From Raillietiella orientalis (lineage: Eukaryota), in the NCBI GenBank assembly GCA_036172245.1, contig JAYWIR010000009.1, positions 3,720,001 through 3,784,000 on the forward strand: a stretch of DNA of 64,000 bases, in the 5' to 3' direction. Below are positions 1 to 12,700 of the stretch, one piece after another (the stretch's first letter is position 1; every line of letters begins with the position of its first letter). The notes under the pieces are model-generated. The model was not told the origin of the DNA and did not search any database. It saw nothing but the letters and a program-made list of their open reading frames with translations. A program made the translations under genes and the position numbers.

Positions 1-2529
1 CGCGTTCGCTCCCTTTTTTCCCTTAAGGTCTTGGAGGTGGTCATCCTCCTTCGCCTCCTGCGGCTTCCAGGAAGGAAGTCGGACTGGGCCGGGTAGCAGC
101 TACCCTTCCCTTTGTGTCGATCCTTGCGATTCCCGCCGCGACCGTCCTGCCCGGGTCTTTTCCCTGCAGCGCGTGCGGTTCGGAGGGCGCGACCTCTTGC
201 TCTCTCGTTGGAGAGACTTCGACTAGATGGCGCACTGCTCCCGTCGAGCATCGCGGTGCGTCAAGGCGGCAGCAGCCCTCGCCCGGTCATGCACGAGCGC
301 GCTGCCGTTCTGCGCCGCTGCGGGGCCTTTCATAGCTGACCAACTTCGGCAGGTGGTCGACGTGCCGGTCCGCTCCCGGCGTGCGCGACGCGTTCGCTCG
401 TCCGCTGCTTCTCCCTCCGCTCGAAAGCGTGCGCGCTCCGTAGACGAACGACGGCTACGAGGACTAGGACGACAACGAGGACAACAGCGACGACGACGAC
501 GGTTCGTATCGTAGCAACCCTCCCCCCTTCCTCCCCCGTTGCCGCCGGCTCCGGGGAGACGTTCGCCTGGAGCCGTTCATGAGAGGTCGGTGAGTTGCTT
601 TTTGTCCACGGTTTCTTCCATTCTTTCTTTCCACCCCCGTGCGTTCGCCCACCCCCTTCGTTCGTTCGTCGTCCTCCGGACCCACGCGCTCTCTCCAAGC
701 AGGCGGGGGGCGGGGGGCTGGGCGCGGAGCTCCCCCCGCCTTCCTCCTCGCAGATTGTGATCTTCGCGGGTGTCGCAATCGAAAGTGCGCGCAACGAGGG
801 GGGGGGGAGGGGAAGGGAAGGATCGCAAGCACTGCGTTATCGTCACCGACTCTCCCGGGAGCGCGCGAGCTGACACGACGGCGACGTGGGAGTTTGGGCG
901 CGCGCGCGTGTGCACGTGAACCCCACCGGCGATGCTGCGACGAAGGAAAAGTCTCGCGTCTTCCGCTTCCGCGCGCGGCAGCGGCGACGTTTTCCGGCTC
1001 CACCGGCGCACCGCGCGCACGCACACGACGAGAGCGCCCGCTTCTTGCGCGTGCTCGTTGTCGTCCCTTTCGCGTGCGTGCGTGTCGGCTGAAAGGGTGG
1101 GAGTGGGGGGTGCATTCTCTCCAAGGCTCAAGCACCAAGGCTCACACCCTGCATTCCCCCTTCTCCGCCACGTCCGCTCGAAGAGGCCCGCGCTCCTTGC
1201 GCCCCGGCGTCTTCCTCCCCCGTCCGGTCCTGCGCCACCTGGTCGCCGGCGGCGGACGAGGCCTCGAAGGGGGAACGGCCGCTTCCGCGACGTCGGCGAC
1301 TCGCCCGTGAGAGCGCGGGCCGGACGTGGTGTCGCCGCGCGCGCGTTCCCCCTCGCATCCCTCGCTTCTCGCCCCTGCAGGGGCTGCGCGCACGAAGAGG
1401 CGCGCAGCCTCTGTTTTCCCAGCGAGTTCGCCAGCAAAAAGGAAAAAAACAAAAGGAGATAAAAAGGAAAAAAAAAAAAAACTCGAGGGAAACCGAAGAG
1501 GGGCGAGCGTGTGCTCGTGCGTCCCTCCTCCTCCCCCCTTCGTCGCTTCCACCCACCCCATCCTTCCCTTCCCCCTCAGTTTGCCTCCGGATTCCGTGCT
1601 GCAACAGCATCTGGTGATTCCTCCGTTTCGACGTCCGGGTGGCAAAGCTGGCTGGTGCATGTCTCTCCCCGCACGGTTCAGCTGCGGACCGCTCCATCCT
1701 CCATTCATTCATCGGATGGAAGGGCCGAGAAAGCGTGGCACCGAACCACCACCTCCACGTGCGCGGCAAACGCAATGCTTTGCAGCATCTGTTTCACGCC
1801 CGGCACCAACAGCAAGCCCCGTCTGTATCCCAGCAACCGTTCGTGAACGCCGTTGGTTCACGGCAACAATCGGTTCCTACTCTAACCGTAATAACCAATT
1901 GCAACAATGAATCGGCGGCATCGAGTGATCATTGTTGATTGCGATGGTTCTGAATAATCCAAATGCATTATGGGACAGTGACAACAATTACAGTCGATTG
2001 TGTCGTCTTTCATTGTTGATAGTCGAGATGGACTCTTTCGCGCCTAAACTCCCCCATCCCCCTCTTAGTAGCGGCGCGGGCCGGCTGCTGGTGTTCGATT
2101 TTCGCCCCGTCGTGACGCCGCGCGCAGCCTTTGTGGAAACTCGTGGAGGTCACCGAGTCGTGTCGAGGGGTGGTGCACTTTGTCAAATTTACACTATTGG
2201 AGGTTGCCTTCATGGCTCGAGCTGGGAGGCGAAGTTCGCGCGGTGTGCGAGCAGTTGGGACAGGATGCCCCAAGCAGCCTCCTTTCCAGATTGATGCGTG
2301 TGCCCTCTTCGGCCTCGGAAGGCCGAAGACGGCGACGTAAAATTACCGCGCTTGCTTCTTCCCACATTCTGAAGTAGAGTCGACATTCTTGGGCGAGCAA
2401 GGGCTTCCTCGAGAAGGTTCGAAAGAGGGGCCCTCTGTTCAGGGGATTTCACGGAAAGGACCAGAGAATCCTCTTCCATGGAACTTGGCAAGTTCGAACC
2501 CCTGTCATTCATTTTTTCTTCTTTTTTTC

Positions 2530-3347
2530 CCGATACTACAAAGAGCGGTTACCGTTTTCGGTTCTGGAAGCCTTCAGAACCAGATCATCCCCTCCCTTCT
2601 TTGGATGCAGGGATCGTGGATTTCGGGAACTTAGGTCAGCGGCGAGGAGTCATGTCAAGCAGTAGCATTCGCTTGAAGCTCCTTCTAACTTTCGTAGATG
2701 AGGTACGCAGCACAGCACTACGCGAAACCTCTCTCTGAGCTTTCGATCGACAGTGGAGACGGACATTTCACGTGCAATTCACCCACTCACGAAAAGAGGA
2801 GAAGCGGAGGGACGGATTGCCTTGGTTCTTCAATCGAAGAGAGAAGCCGCGAGGCGCGGTGATGAAGCAAAGTTCATCTCAGTGCCTCGTGAAATCCCTC
2901 GTGCTGCTCTTGGAATGATCCTTCGGTTCTTGCGACCACCGATCGGTCTCCTTTTCCACCCCGTCTTCCCTTCCATACCCGGGAGATCTCCACGGGACCC
3001 CAGATGTCCGGAGAACCTGCAGATTTGGCTGAGAGCTCGCTGAATCTCGCAGTTGGCTGATTTGGGGCGAAGCTCGTCGATGGCCATTCGGCACGTTTTC
3101 TAGATAAGCGTCGGGTATGTTGAACCGCCTGCTTAAGATTCCGATCTCTCTGCCTGAAATCCCGAATTTCTGTTCTCATTTGCTTTAGGCGTTGATTGTT
3201 GAAGCTGTTTAAAGAGAAGGCTTTGAATGTCAGACCCTTGTTCATTTATGTGAACGTTTCACACCTCTGTCATTAGTTGTTTTCTTCCTTTCTTTCTTTT
3301 TCTTCCGATACTACAAAGAGCGGTTACCTTTTTCGGTTCTGGAAGCC
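2530..3347 (+). repeat. 43-bp direct repeat pair (2530-2572 and 3305-3347)
   Basis: ccgatactacaaagagcggttacc(g/t)ttttcggttctggaagcc, 42 of 43 identical; both preceded by ctgtcatt plus a T-rich tract. Confidence 0.9.
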
Positions 3348-3480
3348 ACTATAGGTGGGTGCACGGGCTACTGTCATGTTGACCCCGCTGTCCGTTCAAC
3401 ATTCTTGGAAAGGCTTCTTCCTAGGAAGTTTCATTATCAGAGTTATGCAGCCAGTTGTTTTTTGTGGTCTCTTTAAGGGT

Positions 3481-5292
3481 TGTTTTCAACCGTGTTCGTT
3501 CAATACAACGATGGGTTGTTTTCATCTCTGCTTACGAAATCAAACTGAGTTATTTTTAGTCTCATCCGCAGAATACGACAGTTATTTTTCATTCGTGCTC
3601 GTGGAATATGACAGCGACTCTCGAGGTGAAAAACCGAATCGGGGAGTCCACTTGTGCCCAGGAGCATGGTTGCTTTTCCACGGGCTTAAGGATATGTTCT
3701 GAAATTGTTTCTGCGAGCTCACTATCAGAAGCAGTCGGTGTACACCCTGCGCAGGGGGCGGACGCTATGCCACGAGCGCGTAGTTATGGGTTTGCTTGGG
3801 AGTTTTGAAAGAACGCTAGGAAGGCGCTTGTTGGCCTCTGAAATTTCCCTCTCCTGATGAAAGGAGGACCTGAGGACGAAGGAGGATGCGTCCGACCTTC
3901 CCACCTGCCGTTCTCACTCCTTCTTGTTGGGAGCGACCGATCCAGAGCGCTTCCTCGGAGGTCGTAGGAAGGGAAGGGGAAAACGAAAAAACTACGCAGA
4001 AGGGCTGCACTCTCGGCTATGGGAAGATGATTTCTTCCTTTTGGGGGATGGAGGTGCTACCTTTCTTCTCTTGCACTCCTTCGGGATGCTCTTCCCTTCT
4101 TGCCTTGCATCGGAGGGGACGCGATGGTGGCGGGAAGAGCAGCTTTCTTGTCCCATATGCCCGTTTAGGAAAGCGACGTGCGGCTAAGCTCGGCTCAGAA
4201 GAGGAAGGTGGGAGGGAAGCACGAGAAATCATCTGGCTGGGTTTTCAGAGGGGTTGACCCACTGTTCCGCGTAACTGGTCAGAACGAGCCAAGTAGAGCT
4301 TTTGCTTTCCTTGGCTTGCGGCGGAAAGGCAATGAAACACTTGGTGGCGGTCCCTAGATTTTTGCTCCCTACGGATGCTGGTGGTCAAACGCTCTTTTGC
4401 GCTTGTTGCGTTCTTCGAAAATCCGAGCTTTCTTCCTGATGACTTCGCCCGCTTGCCAGTAGCTGCGACATTCATATCACTCCTTCCTGAAGGAGTTTCT
4501 GAGCGGGAGGGGTGGTGATGTCTGTCTTCATTTCTTTACTGCATTCATCCAGATGAGCAGGCGTGAATGGAGACCACCTCCCTCGGCATCGGCTACCCAC
4601 TTATCCCCCGGAGACTTTCCCTTCCTCTTCTATCCTTCCTCTCCCCACAGATTGGTGCAGAGCCTTGAAAGGAGAGGAGAGCGTCGCGGTGATTCTGGCA
4701 CTGCATCGCTGCCACGGAACCCATCGAAGGCTCGCATTTGGCCTCGATTTCAGACTCGTTTCCGCGTTCCTCCGCACCCGCCCTTCGCAACCCTGTAGTC
4801 GCCCACAAGGTGGATGCAACCGATCCTCCCTCGACTCCGGCGGCAAGCGCAACGAGGGGGATGGGTGATAGCGACGCTCTCCATCCGTCCGACCTGATGC
4901 GCTTACAGCGGGACGTGGGTTACTTTCCGCGTTCCCGGAGAACCCAGGAAGGAGGATGTCAAGGCGATCGCCTGCGAGTTCCGTCGCCTCCTCCTCAGAG
5001 GAGGCCCTCCGGATAACCGGATGTATCTCTTCATCCGCGACCTATAACCGCGGTAGTACCCTGGGCGATGATGCTCTCCGCGTATGGGGCCGCGTCTAGC
5101 CATCCCTTCAGCCCTCATTCGTATCCCTCTTCCATCCGCAAGATTTCTGCAGTGAGATATTTTTAGCGGTCCCTACAAGAGTTAACAATGGTTTGTTTTC
5201 GTCCGTGCTCGTGCGATGCAACAATGGGCTATTTTCATCTCTGCTTGCGAAATCAGAGTGAGCTATTCTTAGTCTCATTCACGGAACGACAG
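3481..5292 (+). repeat. Diverged direct repeat pair of about 100 bp (3481-3581 and 5194-5292)
   Basis: Shared tgttttc..ccgtg.tcgt....atggg....ttttcatctctgctt.cgaaatca...tgag.tatt.ttagtctcat. Confidence 0.8.
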
Positions 5293-6797
5293 AGGTGATC
5301 CCGCTGGGAGGAAGAGAATGTGGATGAGTCGTGGAGTCGTTTTGGGGAAAGGGAGATTCGGCAACTATAGATCTGACTCGAGATTCACGTTCTCCCCTCC
5401 CCCCCTTCCTCTTTCTTTTCCTTCGTAGGTCTAAGAAAGGATGTTGGGATGCCCTCTCTCCCTCCCTCTTTTTGCATCTTTGAGAAGTGGATGATCGCCC
5501 CGGAAGAGGAGGGCTGCATTTCGTTAGGAGTTCGGTCGTCCTCGCTCCGTTGTCTGGCAAGTTGGATAATCTCCGCGACGCGTAAAACGGGAGCAGCAGT
5601 CGACGTCCCTTGGCGCAGATCGGGTGACGAGAGAACCCGCCTCGTATTCCCGACCTGGTCATCGCCGTCCCCATCAGCCTTGGGCAACGCTCGACGAAAA
5701 AAACAAAAACCGCCGACGAAGGGGCCGTCGGCCGATTCGCGAACACCCGCCCAGACTGTCAGCTCCGACTCGAGCTTTTTCGCTGCGGGCACAGCAGGTA
5801 GCTGGCGTGACCCGCCCTATAGTTCCCCCCGCGAGGGTGATTCCACAACCCCCGCGTCCCGCCCACCGTTCGGTCCGTCTGCCGCGCCCAGAGCGACCGC
5901 ATCTTCCAGACCGCGCCTTCCCAGAGGCGCTGGGAGAACGTGCGCCGTTTCCCACGGAGAAGACCTCGCCCTTTCCTCCTTCCTCCCTCGGACGAGGAGG
6001 ACGTAAGCAGTCTCGGGGGAGGAAGGGGAGTGTGCAGCACGCCGAAGCGAAGTTCTTTGCAGACAGTGGGAGGTGGGTGGGGTGCAAGACTTTGGCCGCC
6101 AACAGCTCGAAGAGGAAGCTCGGCGGTCGAAAGGTTGCATCTCTGGACCATCGTTCTCCCTCCCTGGAAGGAGGGGAACTGGCGAAAGGGAAGTGTGCCG
6201 CCACCGTCGTTGTCTTAGCGACAGGTGACGACGATAAGGAGGCGACCCTTCCTCGGCTTCTTGGAGGGCGGCAAACAGTCTCATCGCTGCCGACCTCGCG
6301 GTCTCTGTCACGTCCCCAGAGCTACGTCCCCTTCGGGCAACGCTCTCGCGTGAAATCCGCTTCGTCCCTCCCGCCTCCCTCGCGTCCCGTCTTGCCGCCT
6401 TCCGTCGTTGCGAGGAACATTCCCTGGTGTCTCCGGAAAGAGTGAGCGCTCCACTTCCTCTCAGGAGCGTCCCGAGGGAATGACATCACCCCCGAATCGT
6501 TCCTTCTCCTCCTCCTCCGCACCATCTCCCTCTTCGTTTCCCTCCTCCCCCGTCCACGACGGCGTCCGTTTCGTGCGCTCTGGCCTGTCGGAGCCTACGG
6601 CAAGGCATTCCCTCGGAGACAAGCGCAGGAGCCGGGTCGCGCCCGTCCGCCCCGTCTTCAAGTCTCGAGACGAGGCAGGAAGGCACGCGCGCGCGCGCCC
6701 TGCGCGGCACAGTGTCTCCGCCCCGAGTCGAGGGCACTCGTGTCCGGCGACTCCCAGCGACGAGTGCTCAGGAGGCCCAGGCGATCGAGCGGAGAGG

Positions 6798-6809
6798 TGC
6801 GCATGCGCA
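6798..6809. promoter_or_regulatory. Perfect NRF-1/Erect wing consensus site
   Basis: TGCGCATGCGCA in a CpG-rich patch about 3 kb upstream of the myosin ATG; function untested. Confidence 0.4.
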
Positions 6810-7690
6810 GCCCGTGGCTGCAGCTTTTCAGGCGCCTACCACCAGGGTTGATCACTTCCGCCTTCGGGCACGGAGACTCTCTGGATCTCGCGCTGCTCGC
6901 TCGCAGGTCTGCTTAGTGCAGGCGGGTCACTGGAGGTGGCGTTGAGAAACTGGCAGGGAGGAACGCGGGATGGCTTGCGGGGGGACCAAGCGGGAAGTTG
7001 ATGGATGGGTGGGGGTGGTGCCGGTGGTTTGCCCTTCCCCCTTTCTCCGCGCCCCCGCCTTTCTTCGTCCCTTCGAAGAGTGGTGCCAACTTCTGTTGAC
7101 CAAGGCCAGAAGGATTCGAGGTGGCAGGTGGTGGTGTTGAGAGGGCTGTCGATCCAAGGGCTCCTTTCCAAAGCGGCCGCGTTGTCTCGGCGACGTCTCA
7201 GATCCTGATTTTCCATTGCTGCTGCCGTTTCCTCTCTGCTCTGGAATGCTCGGCCGGTTGGCAGCATTGAGGAGTCGGTTTCGTGCTTCTTTCCTTTCCC
7301 TTCCTCCCCTGCCCATGCTCTCCTCCGTGAGGGTGGCTCCACAACCCCTGCGGGGGTCCACTGTTCGGTCCGTTTGAACGAGACGGTTGTGGATTTTTGC
7401 ACCCTTCTGGTCTTTCTCCAGTGGAAATGATCTCACTCTTGAGGGACGCAGTGGACCCTAGAAGCGCACGAACCTCAGCCCTCCAGATTCGGCTGCAATT
7501 TCGGCTTGGCGCACCACCCCCGCCAGCATTTCCTTCCGTTGCTCTTTTTTTTTTGTTCCTGATCGCCTCTCATTTCGCAAAGACCTGCAGTTCTGCGACC
7601 TTCCGAAGGAACCCGCCCCAAAGAGGGGGGAGGTGATGCACTGCCACCGTTCCGACGTCTTGTTTGCTTCTCTCTCTCACTGAGGTCAGC

Positions 7691-7712
7691 CAGAGATTGC
7701 CGGCAATCTCTG
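7691..7712. other. Perfect 22-bp palindrome
   Basis: cagagattgccggcaatctctg equals its own reverse complement. Confidence 0.9.
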
Positions 7713-9289
7713 ATAGTTGTACGCATCCCGGATGGCCCCACCGTCGTAGAGTTGCTCCTTCCCGCGCTGGAAACAGCAACCGGCGGCAACACCGAGCTCT
7801 TCATCCGAACAGCGAGCGACAGCCCAAGAGCTTCATGACCTGCGCGTTTGGCTTGGGCTCTGTTATTCCCTTGGGTGCCCGAACTCTCACGATCCTCGCC
7901 GTCTTTCGCCTTCTACAGAGCAGCGTCATTCCGAATGCAAAGCCGGCTTCCAAGCACCGAACGACTTCTTGTTCGGCTTTCATCTAGAAAGTTCGTCTGC
8001 GGCGGGGCGGGAGGCAAACCGTTCATCCCTGGCAGTTTATCCTTCAGCTTGACGAGCAGTCCGATCGTAGGTGGCGAGGCGCATTTGCGGCTTTGCTGGA
8101 GGGGAAGCTCGATGATTGTTGCGTGGATTGCGCGAACGGGGCGTGGTTTGGTCGAACGCCGTCGCGGATTGGGCTGAGCGAACGGCATTGTCGATTCGGG
8201 GGCGCCAACCCATTGTTGCATGGAGTGTCCACAAATTCGCTGCTGAAAGTGCCAGACGGCTGACTTCTCTTCAGGGAAGGGATGCTGGGCCTACCTGCTA
8301 TCCTGAAGTCTAAACCGTGACTTGCGGGAGGCTTGCCCTCAGTTGCACTCAGTTTTCAAGCGCGGAGTCAGGTCTGTGGCCCCCGAGTGCAACATGGACT
8401 GGGTCCCACCCCGTGGGAAGATTCCATCTTGAAGGACCTTGTGGCTTCCTTTGGAAGTGATTCAGCGAGATCGGATGGGGGATCTCTGGTCGAGAAGCCC
8501 TTGAAAGCTGTCTCGTGAGGGTCCGTTGTTTTAGCCTGCCTCTCCTCCTCTTCCTTCCTCTTCCCCCCCCCTCCTCCCGCTTTTCCTGGAGGCGAAGATA
8601 GGGTGCTGTTTCCTCTCGGGATGATCGTTTGCGAGACAGACGGACGGGTGCATCTAGGAAGTTTGACCCTCTCACGTTTGACCTCGATCCGAATCTTTGA
8701 CGTCTCTGCAATTCGAGGACGACCGACGTTTCCGCCCTGCAACGGGAGGATGCAGCGGGGGTGAGCCTGAGAAGCGCCGACCTCCATCGTCCAGCCAGTC
8801 GGAGGGTTGCCAGCGGAGTTCCTGCCGGAATCCTGGATCCGCGACCGCGCCAGTGGTCCCGGCACTTCGTTCGGTTCCCCGGGACCGACCAAAGCCGCCT
8901 TTGCAGTTGAGGGGGAAAGAGAGGGAGGGAGGTCTCCCTCGTGAAGCACACTCGTGTCTCCGTCTCCGGAAGCTTCTTTTGCACGTCCGTTTTGGTCATT
9001 CCCGTTTTCCCGTCTCTTCGATCGCAAGGAAGGTGCTCCTTCTGGAGGAGGGGAACAAGAGCAGCGACGACCGCCATCTCCTCCTCTCTGCGCCGGGCTG
9101 CTGCGCTGTCCTGGACTTTACTCACTGAGGTCCTCGAAGGGCAGTCTGGAGACGCCCTTGCTTTCTTCTTTCTTCCTTGCCTTCCTCTGGGGAGAACGCT
9201 CGCCCTGCTTCGTCCTGCCTCCCCCCTCCTGTCCCGGCATCGACTGTGTCCCCCTGCAGCGGCAGTCCGATCCCGTAGGAGCGAGGATG

Positions 9290-9500
9290 GAAAACGCCAC
9301 CGGGAGAAGAGCAAGCGCCTCCGCGTCCCAGCAGCCGCCTGTTTCAAGGAAGGCACGGCTGCGTATTCCGGGACCCGAAAGGAGGTCGGTGGCTTCCGAG
9401 ACGCACCCGGAAGAGGCTCCGCAAGTCTCCCGCGAGCATTGTTCGCCACCGGGTGGGACCGAAAGGACCGGTGGCTTCCTTTGAGGGTATCGGGAGGGGA
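9290..9500 (-). mobile_element. Possible decayed LINE RT thumb fragment in the myosin 5' UTR intron
   Basis: SFRSHPVANNARGRL...FRVPEYAAVP...RRRL resembles L.F..H...V..KA..RL...RPVLEYA.P.W. Confidence 0.4.
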
Positions 9501-9774
9501 AAGAAAGGAAATCCCTCTCTGGGGCTGCTGCACCTTGGAGGATGGGGGGGAACGTTCCCGATTCTTCCTCTAAGGGGATGGAGGAGGCGCTCCCTCGGGA
9601 TGCCCTTCCCTCCGGTACTCGGGGAAGGGGGGATACGACCGGGGGGGGGGGAGAGCAGCTCTGTTTTCCGCCATATCTCTCTCTCCCTCTATTCCAGGCG
9701 GATAGGGAGAGTGTTCTCCGATCTCGCGCATCCAGGATTGCAGAAGGGACATCGCACCTCACTCTAGGTCGGCC

Positions 9775-12700
9775 ATGGTTATCGTGACGAGGGTGAGTTC
9801 CGCCCCTTTCCTCCGTCCCAGGAGGGCGCCCGCCTCTCCACCGTTCCCCTCCCGTTTCCAGGGTGACTACATCTGGCTGGAGCCCGCCTCCAAGGGCGAG
9901 TTCGATGTGGCCGTCGGTGCGCGCGTCGTGGCCATCGACGGCAGGACCATCCTCGTGGAGGACGACGACGGGAAGGTGAGCTCCCTGGAAGGGCACGGCC
10001 GGAGTTGTCCACCCTCTGACTACCACCAGGAGGAGTGGCTGAGCGCGGAGCGGCGCATCAAGGCGATGCACCCCACTTCCGTGCAGGGCATGGAGGACAT
10101 GATCGCCCTGGGCGACCTACACGAGTCCGGCATCCTCAGGAACCTCTTCATCCGGTACAGCGAGAACCTCATCTACGTGAGTGCTGCGCCGTATCCTCGC
10201 GCTTCCCCCTCCGCGCCTTCCTTTCTCGAGGAAGGGGGAGGAGGGGAAGGGGTCGCGCGCGAACCCGTCCTGCTCGCGGGACGCTGTGCCTGCTTCCCGG
10301 TTTTCCGAGCGCTAGCGGCGCTCTTTCCAGACGTACACGGGCTCCATCCTGGTGGCCGTCAACCCGTACCAGGTCCTTCCCATCTACACAGGAGAGCAGA
10401 TCGTTCTGTATCGGGACCGGCGCATCGGCGAGCTGCCTCCCCACATTTTCGCCATCGCTGACAACGCCTACAACAGCATGAGGCGTACTGGCCAGGATCA
10501 GTGCGTGGTCATCAGGTGAGCGCGCGCGCGTCCCAGTTCTTCTGATCTCCCTCGTCCCCGCGCGTGCTTCGGGCGAGGAAGAGGAGAGGAGGAGGAGGAG
10601 GAAGCATGGGGGATCCGGAGGCCGCGTTGGAAACCCCTCGCGTCCTCTGCCTGCCGGGGGGAAGACCGACCGACCGACCGGCGGGGCGCCTCGCTTTCTC
10701 AGGGGTCTCGGGGGGTCGCTCCTGCTCTCGGTCGCATCCCCTCCAGCCGAGCCCTGTGTTTTCCAGCGGCGAGAGCGGCGCGGGCAAGACAGAGAGCGCC
10801 AAACTCATCCTGCAATACCTTGCGGCCACAAGTGGGAAGCACTCCTGGATCGAGCAGCAGATCCTGGAGGCAAACCCCATCCTGGAAGGTGGGCGAGCGT
10901 CCCCTCACGCCGCGCACCCCACTTCCCGCCCCTTCCTCCTTCAGCCTTCGGCAACGCCAAGACCGTCCGCAACGACAACTCGTCCCGCTTCGGCAAGTAC
11001 ATCGACATCCACTTCGACCGGTCCGGAGTCATCGAGGGCGCGCGGATCGAGCAGTTCCTTCTGGAGAAGTCCCGCCTGGTGGGGCCCTCTCTGGACGAGC
11101 GGAACTACCACATCTTCTACTGCATGCTAGCGGATCTGACGCCGGAGGAGAGGGAGAAGCTGTCGTTGGGGCACGCCGCTGACTACGAATACTTGACCAA
11201 GGTGAGCTAAGGGCGCAGTCTTCGGCAGCTCCCGTCGCCCCTTCCCTTCTCTCCCCTTCCCATCACTGCTGGTCGCTTCTTCCTCTGTCGGCTCTGCGAC
11301 CCTCAGGGCAAATGCCTGACCTGCGAGGGGCGCGACGACGCTTCCGAGTTCGCAGACATCCGCTCCGCCATGAAGGTGCTTTCCTTCAGCACCGCCGAGA
11401 TCTGGGACATCCTGAAGCTCCTGGCCTCCATTCTGCACACCGGAAACGTCGGTTTCGTCCCTAAGATTGTCGGTACGCTCGCAGGAGGCTGCCACTTTTC
11501 CGGCTTCCTTTCGCCTCCTCTCCCCCCTTTCTTTTGCCTCCCCCGTTCCACCCCTTCCCTCCCTCTCTCTCTTCCCGAGCAGAAAACCTGGACGCCACGG
11601 AGATCGCGGACGTCGGCAAGGCCGAGCTGGCCGCGCGCTTCCTGGGAGTGCGCACGCAGGAGCTGAAGGACGCGTTGACCACGAAGACCATCTTCGCTCA
11701 GGGCGATGCCGTGGTGAGCATCTTCCCCCCCGTCCTCCATCCAAGGACTCCCTCCCTCCCTTCACCCCTCTCCCGGACTGTCTCCGGGACGGGAAGGCGG
11801 GAGTCCCTCGGCTTTCCTCCTCTTTCTCCTCTCCGTTGTTTTCCTTCTCCTCTTTTCTTCCTCCTTTCCTCCTCGTTTTCTTTTTTTCTTCTTCCCCTTC
11901 CATCTCACTTCCTCTGTTCCTCCTCCTTCCCTCCTCCTCCTCTTCCTCTCTTCCTTTCCTTTTCCTCCTCCCACCCGCCACCTTCTCTCCTCGTCCCCTT
12001 TCTCCTGCAGACTTCCACCCTGCCCGCGAGCCACGCGCGCGATGTGCGCGACGCCCTGGTGAAGGGCGTGTACGGCCGACTGTTTGTATGGATCGTCGGG
12101 AAGATCAACGCGGCTATCCACAGGCCCAGGACGGGCACTTCGAGGGAGCGCATAGGGGTGCTCGACATTTTCGGGTTCGAGAACTTCAGCCGGAACAGGT
12201 CAGGGGTCTCTCCCCGCCGCCCTCCCGCGCGCCTCATCCCGCGCTCACAGCTTCGAGCAGTTCTGCATTAACTACGCCAACGAGAACCTGCAGCAGTTCT
12301 TCGTGCGTCACGTCTTCAAGCTGGAGCAGGAGGAGTACGACCAGGAGCGCATCGCTTGGAGGCACATAGAGTTCGTGGACAACCAGGACGCCCTGGACCT
12401 GATCGCCATCAAACAGCTCAACATCATGGCACTCATCGACGAGGAGGCCAAGTTCCCGAAGGTTGGGCGTGCTGGTCGCCAGAGGGTGGTCACCCTCTGC
12501 TCCTCCTTCCCGTCTCCTCCTCCAGGGTACGGACCAGACGATGCTGGCGAAGCTTCACAAGACGCACGCGGTCAACAAGAACTACCTAAAGCCCAAGTCT
12601 GACCTCAACACCGCCTTTGGCCTCAACCACTTCGCTGGGATCGTCTTCTACGACAGCAGAGGTTTGGGTGTCTCCCCGGGTTTCTTCGCTGATCTTTCCT

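Noticed and set aside
1..9700. Many long overlapping ORFs (for example 577-1452, 8349-9533)
   Set aside because: Arg/Pro/Gly/Ala-rich translations expected from stop-poor GC-rich DNA; no coherent domain or exon chain.
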